64,000 nt of DNA from Eledone cirrhosa. Its lineage: Eukaryota. The notes beneath the pieces are model-generated. The model searched no databases, was not told where the DNA came from, and saw only the letters and a program-made list of their open reading frames with translations. Location: contig OZ024744.1 of NCBI GenBank assembly GCA_964016885.1, forward strand, positions 12,338,001 to 12,402,000, in the 5' to 3' direction. Position numbers and translations under genes: made by a program. Below are positions 55,900 to 64,000 of the stretch, piece by piece. Position 1 is the first letter of the stretch. The number at the start of each line of letters is the position of its first letter.

Positions 55900-56150
55900 A
55901 CTCTATATATACTATTGTATTTTCACAGTAAAGGCTTTACTTCACATAATATCTCACATAACATTTACATTACTCTATATATACTATTGTATTTTCACAG
56001 TAAAGGTTTTACCTCACATAATATCTCACATGACATTTACATTACTCTATATATACTATTGTATTTTCACAGTAAAGGTTTTACCTCACATAATATCTCA
56101 TAACATTTACATTACTTTATATATACTACAGTAATTTCAGTAGTGTTGTA
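55900..56150. repeat. 72-bp AT-rich tandem repeat x3
   Basis: actctatatatactattgtattttcacag recurs at 55900, 55972, 56044. Confidence 0.92.
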
Positions 56151-59100
56151 GTATTGACATGACAGTAGTGTAGGTGGTAGTAGTGGTATCATGACAGTAG
56201 TGTAGGTGGTAGTAGTGGTGTCATGACAGTAGTGTAGGTAGTAGTAGTGGTGTCATGACAGTAGTGTAGGTGGTAGTAGTGGTGACATGACAGTAGTGTA
56301 GGTGGTAGTAGTGGTATCATGACAGTAGTGTAGGTGGTAGTAGTGGTGTCATGACAGTAGTGTAGGTGGTAGTAGTGGTGTCATGACAGTAGTGTAGGTG
56401 GTAGTAGTGGTGACATGACAGTAGTGTAGGTGGTAGTAGTGGTGACATAACAGTAGTGTAGGTGGTAGTAGTGGTGTCATGACAGTAGTGTAGGTGGTAG
56501 TAGTGGTGTCATGACAGTAGTGTAGGTGGTAGTAGTGGTGTCATGACAGTAGTGTAGGTGGTAGTAGTGGTGACATGACAGTAGTGTAGGTGGTAGTAGT
56601 GGTGACATAACAGTAGTGTAGGTGGTAGTAGTGGTGTCATGACAGTAGTATAGGAAGTAGTAGTGGTGTCATGGCAGTAGTGTAGGTGGTAGTAGTGGTG
56701 ACATGACAGTAGTGTAGGTGGTAGTAGTGGTGACATGACAGTAGTGTAGGTGGTAGTAGTGGTGACATGACAGTAGTGTAGGTGGTAGTAGTGGTGACAT
56801 AACAGTAGTGTAGGTAGTAGTAGTGGTCAAATGACAGTAGTGTAGGTGGTAGTAGTGGTGACATGACAGTAGTGTAGGTGGTAGTAGTGGTGACATAACA
56901 GTAGTGTAGGTGGTAGTAGTGGTGTCATGACAGTAGTATAGGAAGTAGTAGTGGTGTCATGGCAGTAGTGTAGGTGGTAGTAGTGGTGACATGACAGTAG
57001 TGTAGGTGGTAGTAGTGGTGACATGACAGTAGTGTAGGTGGTAGTAGTGGTGACATGACAGTAGTGTAGGTGGTAGTAGTGGTGACATAACAGTAGTGTA
57101 GGTAGTAGTAGTGGTCAAATGACAGTAGTGTAGGTGGTAGTAGTGTTATCATGACAGAAGTGTAGGTGGTAGTAGTAGTGACATGACAGTAGTGTAGGTG
57201 CTAATAGTGGTGACATAACAATAGTGTAGGTGGTAGTAGTGGTATCATGACAGTAGTGTAGGTAGTAGTAGTGGTGACATAACAGTAGTGTAGGTGGTAG
57301 TAGTGGTGTCATGACAGTAGTGTAGGTGGTAGTAGTGGTGACATAACAGTAGTGTAGGTGTTAGTTGTGTTTGCATGACAGTAGTGTAGGTGGTAGTAGT
57401 GGTGACATGACAGTAGTGTAGGTCGTAGTAGTGGTGACATGACAGTAGTGTAGGTGGTAGTATTGGTGACATGACAGTAGTGTAGGTGGTAGTAAGGTGA
57501 CATGACAGTAGTGTAGGTGGTAGTAGTGATGACATAACAAGAGTGTAGGTGGTAGTAGTGGTGACATGACAGTAGTGTAGGTGGTAGTAGTGGTGACATG
57601 ACAGTAGTGTAGGTGGTAGTAGTGGTGACATGACAGTAGTGTAAGTGGTAGTAGTGGTGACATAAAAGTAGTGTAGGTGGTAGTAGTGGTGACATGACAG
57701 TAGTGTAGGTGGTAGTAGTGGTGTCATGACAGTAGTGTAGGTGGTAGTAGTGGGGTCATGACAGTAGTGTAGGTGGCAGTAGTGGTGTCATGACAGTAGT
57801 GTAGGTGGTAGTAGTGGTGACATGACAGTAGTGTAGGTAGTAGTAGTGGTATCATGACAGTAGTGTAGGTGGTAGTAGTGGTGACATGACAGTAGTGTAG
57901 TTGGTAGTAGTGGTGACATGACAGTGGTGTAGGTGGTAGTAGAGGTGACATGACAGTAGTGTAGGTGGTAGTAGTGGTATCATGACAGTAGTGTAGGTGG
58001 TAGTAGTGGTGATATGACAGTAGTGTAGTTGGTAGTAGTGGTGACATGACAGTGGTGTAGGTGGTAGTAGTGGTGACATGACAGTCGTGTAGGTGGTAGT
58101 AGTGGTGACATGACAGTAGTGTAGGTGGTAGTAATGGTGACATAACAGTAGTGTAGGTGGTAGTAGTGGTGTCATGACAATATTGTAGGTGGTAGTTGTG
58201 GTGACATGACAGTAGTGTAGGTGGTAGTAGTGGTGACATGACAGTAGTGTAGTTGGTAGTAGTGCTGACATAACAGTAGTGTAGGTGGTAGTAGGGGTGT
58301 CATGACAGTAGTGTAGGAGGTAGTAGTGGTGACATAACAGTAGTGTAGGTGGAAGTAGTGGAGACATAACAGTAGTGTAGGTGGTAGTAGTGGTATCATG
58401 AAAGTAGTGTAGGTAGTAGTAATGGTGACATAACAGTATAGGTAGTAGTAGTGGTGACATATTGTATTTTCACAGTAAAGGCATTACCTCACATAATATC
58501 TCATAACATTTACATTACTTTCTATATACTACAGTACTTTCAGTAGTGTTGTAGTGGTGACATGACAGTAGTGTAGGTGGTAGTAGTGGTATCATGACAG
58601 TAGTGTAGGTGGTAGTAGTGGTGACATGACAGTAGTGTAGTTGGTAGTAGTGCTGACATAACAGTAATGTAGGAGGTAGTAGTGGTGACATAACAGTAGT
58701 GTAGGTGGTAGTAGTGGTGACATGACAGTAGTGTAGGTGGTAGTAGTGGTGAAATAACAGTAAAGGTAGTAGTAGTGGTGACATATTGTATTTTCACAGT
58801 AAAGGCATTACCTCACATAATATCTCATAACATTTACATTACTTTATATATACTACAGTACTTTCAATAGTGTTGTAGTGGTGACATGACAGTAGTGTAG
58901 GTGGTAGTAGTGGTATCATGACAGTAGTGTAGGTGGTAGTAGTGGTATCATGACAGTGGTGTGGGTGGTAGTATTGATATCATGACAGTAGTGTAGGTGG
59001 TAGGAGGGTGACATGTCAATAGTGTAGGTGGTAGTAGTGGTGACATGACAGTAGTGAGGTGGTAGTAGTGGTGACATGACAGTAGTGTAGGTGGTAGTAG

Positions 59101-62100
59101 TGGTGACATGACAGTAGTGTAGGTGGTAGGAGGGTGACATGTCAATAGTGTAGGTGGTAATAGTGGTGACATGACAGTAGTGGAGGTGGTAGTAGTGGTG
59201 ACATGACAGTAGTGTAGGTGGTAGTAATAGTGACATGACAATAGTGTAGGTGGTAGTAGTAGTGACATGACAGTAGTGTAGGTGATAGTAGAGGTGACAT
59301 GACAGTGGTGTAGGTGGTAGTAGTGGTGTCATGACAGTAGTGTAGGTGGTAGTAGTTGTGACATGACAGTAGTGTAGGTGTTAGTAGTGGTGACATGACA
59401 GTAGTGTAGGTGGTAGTAGTGGTGTCATGACAGTAGTTTAGGTGGTAGTAGTGGTGGCATAACAGTAGTGTAGGTAGTAGTAGTGGTGACATGACAGTTG
59501 TGTAGGTGGTAGTAGTGGTGACATGACCGTAGTGTAGGTGGTAGTAGTGGTGACATAACAGTAGTGTAGGTGTTAGTAGTGTTTACATGACAGTAGTGTA
59601 GGTGGTAGTAGTGGTGACATGACAGTAGTATAGGTGGTAGTAGTGGTGACCTGACAGTAGTGTAGGTGGTAATAGTGGTGATATGACAATAGTGTAGGTG
59701 ATAGTATTGGTGACATGAATGTAGTGTAGGTGGTAGTAGGGTGACATGACAGTAGTGTAGGTGGTAGTAGTGGTGACATAACAATAGTGTAGGTAGTAGT
59801 AGTGGTGACATGACAGTAGTGTAGGTGGTAGTAGTGGTGTCATGACAGTAGTGTTGGTGGTAGTAGTGGTGACATGACAGTAGTGTAGGTGGTAGTAGTG
59901 GTGACATGACAGTAGTGTCGGTGGTAGTAGTGGTTTCATGACAGTAGTGTAGGTGGTAGTAGTGGTGACATGACAGTACTGTAGGTGGTAGTAGTAGTGT
60001 CATGACAGTAGTGTAGGAGGTAGTAGTGGTGTCATGACCGTAGTGTTGGTGGTAGTAGTGGTGACATGACAGTAGTGTCGGTGGTAGTAGTGGTGTCATG
60101 ACAGTAGTGTAGGTGGTAGTAGTGGTGACATGACAGTACTGTAGGTGGTAGTAGTAGTATCATGACAGTAGTGGAGGTGGTAGAATGGTGACATGACAGT
60201 AGTGTAGGTGTTAGTTGTGTTTGCATGACAGTAGTGTAGGTGGTAGTAGTGGTGACATGACAGTAGTGTAGGTCGTAGTAGTGGTGACATGACAGTAGTG
60301 TAGGTGGTAGTATTGGTGACATGACAGTAGTGTAGGTGGTAGTAAGGTGACATGACAGTAGTGTAGGTGGTAGTAGTGGTGACATGACAGTACTGTAGGT
60401 GGTAGTAGTAGTGTCATGACAGTAGTGTAGGAGGTAGTAGTGGTGTCATGACAGTAGTGTAGGTGCTAATAGTGGTGACATAACAATAGTGTAGGTGGTA
60501 GTAGTGGTATCATGACAGTAGTGTAGGTAGTAGTAGTGGTGACATAACAGTAGTGTAGGTGGTAGTAGTGGTGTCATGACAGTAGTGTAGGTGGTAGTAG
60601 TGGTGACATAACAGTAGTGTAGGTGTTAGTTGTGTTTGCATGACAGTAGTGTAGGTGGTAGTAGTGGTGACATGACAGTAGTGTAGGTCGTAGTAGTGGT
60701 GACATGACAGTAGTGTAGGTGGTAGTATTGGTGACATGACAGTAGTGTAGGTGGTAGTAAGGTGACATGACAGTAGTGTAGGTGGTAGTAGTGATGACAT
60801 AACAAGAGTGTAGGTGGTAGTAGTGGTGACATGACAGTAGTGTAGGTGGTAGTAGTGGTGACATGACAGTAGTGTAGGTGGTAGTAGTGGTGACATGACA
60901 GTAGTGTAAGTGGTAGTAGTGGTGACATAAAAGTAGTGTAGGTGGTAGTAGTGGTGACATGACAGTCGTGTAGGTGGTAGTAGTGGTGTCATGACAGTAG
61001 TGTAGGTGGTAGTAGTGGGGTCATGACAGTAGTGTAGGTGGCAGTAGTGGTGTCATGACAGTAGTGTAGGTGGTAGTAGTGGTGACATGACAGTAGTGTA
61101 GGTAGTAGTAGTGGTATCATGACAGTAGTGTAGGTGGTAGTAGTGGTGACATGACAGTAGTGTAGTTGGTAGTAGTGGTGACATGACAGTGGTGTAGGTG
61201 GTAGTAGAGGTGACATGACAGTAGTGTAGGTGGTAGTAGTGGTATCATGACAGTAGTGTAGGTGGTAGTAGTGGTGATATGACAGTAGTGTAGTTGGTAG
61301 TAGTGGTGACATGACAGTGGTGTAGGTGGTAGTAGTGGTGACATGACAGTCGTGTAGGTGGTAGTAGTGGTGACATGACAGTAGTGTAGGTGGTAGTAAT
61401 GGTGACATAACAGTAGTGTAGGTGGTAGTAGTGGTGTCATGACAATATTGTAGGTGGTAGTTGTGGTGACATGACAGTAGTGTAGGTGGTAGTAGTGGTG
61501 ACATGACAGTAGTGTAGTTGGTAGTAGTGCTGACATAACAGTAGTGTAGGTGGTAGTAGGGGTGTCATGACAGTAGTGTAGGAGGTAGTAGTGGTGACAT
61601 AACAGTAGTGTAGGTGGAAGTAGTGGAGACATAACAGTAGTGTAGGTGGTAGTAGTGGTATCATGAAAGTAGTGTAGGTAGTAGTAATGGTGACATAACA
61701 GTATAGGTAGTAGTAGTGGTGACATATTGTATTTTCACAGTAAAGGCATTACCTCACATAATATCTCATAACATTTACATTACTTTCTATATACTACAGT
61801 ACTTTCAGTAGTGTTGTAGTGGTGACATGACAGTAGTGTAGGTGGTAGTAGTGGTATCATGACAGTAGTGTAGGTGGTAGTAGTGGTGACATGACAGTAG
61901 TGTAGTTGGTAGTAGTGCTGACATAACAGTAATGTAGGAGGTAGTAGTGGTGACATAACAGTAGTGTAGGTGGTAGTAGTGGTGACATGACAGTAGTGTA
62001 GGTGGTAGTAGTGGTGAAATAACAGTAAAGGTAGTAGTAGTGGTGACATATTGTATTTTCACAGTAAAGGCATTACCTCACATAATATCTCATAACATTT

Positions 62101-64000
62101 ACATTACTTTATATATACTACAGTACTTTCAATAGTGTTGTAGTGGTGACATGACAGTAGTGTAGGTGGTAGTAGTGGTATCATGACAGTAGTGTAGGTG
62201 GTAGTAGTGGTATCATGACAGTGGTGTGGGTGGTAGTATTGATATCATGACAGTAGTGTAGGTGGTAGGAGGGTGACATGTCAATAGTGTAGGTGGTAGT
62301 AGTGGTGACATGACAGTAGTGAGGTGGTAGTAGTGGTGACATGACAGTAGTGTAGGTGGTAGTAGTGGTGACATGACAGTAGTGTAGGTGGTAAGAGGGT
62401 GACATGTCAATAGTGTAGGTGGTAATAGTGGTGACATGACAGTAGTGGAGGTGGTAGTAGTGGTGACATGACAGTAGTGTAGGTGGTAGTAATAGTGACA
62501 TGACAATAGTGTAGGTGGTAGTAGTAGTGACATGACAGTAGTGTAGGTGATAGTAGAGGTGACATGACAGTGGTGTAGGTGGTAGTAGTGGTGTCATGAC
62601 AGTAGTGTAGGTGGTAGTAGTTGTGACATGACAGTAGTGTAGGTGTTAGTAGTGGTGACATGACAGTAGTGTAGGTGGTAGTAGTGGTGTCATGACAGTA
62701 GTTTAGGTGGTAGTAGTGGTGGCATAACAGTAGTGTAGGTAGTAGTAGTGGTGACATGACAGTTGTGTAGGTGGTAGTAGTGGTGACATGACCGTAGTGT
62801 AGGTGGTAGTAGTGGTGACATAACAGTAGTGTAGGTGTTAGTAGTGTTTACATGACAGTAGTGTAGGTGGTAGTAGTGGTGACATGACAGTAGTATAGGT
62901 GGTAGTAGTGGTGACCTGACAGTAGTGTAGGTGGTAATAGTGGTGATATGACAATAGTGTAGGTGATAGTATTGGTGACATGAATGTAGTGTAGGTGGTA
63001 GTAGGGTGACATGACAGTAGTGTAGGTGGTAGTAGTGGTGACATAACAATAGTGTAGGTAGTAGTAGTGGTGACATGACAGTAGTGTAGGTGGTAGTAGT
63101 GGTGTCATGACAGTAGTGTTGGTGGTAGTAGTGGTGACATGACAGTAGTGTAGGTGGTAGTAGTGGTGACATGACAGTAGTGTCGGTGGTAGTAGTGGTT
63201 TCATGACAGTAGTGTAGGTGGTAGTAGTGGTGACATGACAGTACTGTAGGTGGTAGTAGTAGTGTCATGACAGTAGTGTAGGAGGTAGTAGTGGTGTCAT
63301 GACCGTAGTGTTGGTGGTAGTAGTGGTAACATGACAGTAGTGTCGGTGGTAGTAGTGGTGTCATGACAGTAGTGTAGGTGGTAGTAGTGGTGACATGACA
63401 GTACTGTAGGTGGTAGTAGTAGTGTCATGACAGTAGTGGAGGTGGTAGAATGGTGACATGACAGTAGTGTAGGTGGTAGTAGTGGTGACATAACAGTATT
63501 GAACGTGGTAGTAGTGGTGACATGACAGTAGTGTAGGTGGTAGTAGTAGTATCATGACAGTAGTGTAGGTAGTAGTAGTGGTATCATGACAGTAGTGTAG
63601 GTGGTAGTAGTGGTGACATGACAGTGATGTAGGTGGTAGTAGTGGTGTCATGACAGTAGTGTAGGTGGCAGTAGTGCTGACATGACTGTAGTGTAGGTGG
63701 TAGTAGTGGTGTCATGGCAGTAGTGTAGGTGGTAGTAGTGGTGTCATGACAGTAGTGTAGATGGTAGTAGTGGTGACATGACAGTAGTGTAGGTGGTAGT
63801 AGTGGTGTGATAACAGTAGAGTAGGTGGTAGTATGGTGACATGACAGTAGTGTAGGTGGTAGTAGTGGTGTCATGACAATAGTGTAGGTGGTAGTAGTGG
63901 TGTCATGACAGTAGTGTAGGTGGTAATAATGGTGACATGACAGTAGTGTAGGTGGTAGTAGTGGTATCATGACAGTAGTGTAAAGAGTAGTAGTGGTGAC
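56151..64000. repeat. 32-bp satellite (catgacagtagtgtaggtggtagtagtggtga) with higher-order structure, running off the window
   Basis: 32-bp period; identical variant patterns 3265 bp apart (57245/60510, 58515/61780, 59425/62690) and 288 bp apart (56826/57114). Confidence 0.97.

Noticed and set aside
56509-63970. Dozens of repetitive His/Tyr/Thr/Pro ORFs
   Set aside because: Translations of the 32-bp satellite cycling through three frames.

Overview
Repeat-dominated eukaryotic animal DNA. A cephalopod (octopus-like) source is inferred from the RTE/CR1/Penelope/SINE mix, not proven. The ORF track is mostly TE fragments and simple-repeat artefacts and misses the real host gene. That gene is four small GT-AG exons on the + strand (9622-9696, 19875-20032, 21793-21886, 41378-41461) that splice in frame to the C-terminus of a CCDC42/CFAP73-family coiled-coil protein. 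Its introns and 3' flank contain: many RTE LINE copies carrying a C4HC3 PHD finger inside the RT domain; two CR1 LINEs (one with an 88-Gln tract in ORF1); a decayed Penelope-like RT; a Tx1/L1-type LINE; two Helitron-like elements; two tRNA-SINE families; a 9-kb (CAC/CAA) array; and a 32-bp satellite with a 3265-bp higher-order repeat. The most striking unannotated signal is a set of about nine type I hammerhead ribozyme motifs from several unrelated cassette families. Most sit next to (TA)n tracts and are repeatedly arranged as asymmetric fold-back palindromes (one full arm plus one truncated inverted arm). Five lie in the sense strand of the host pre-mRNA introns.
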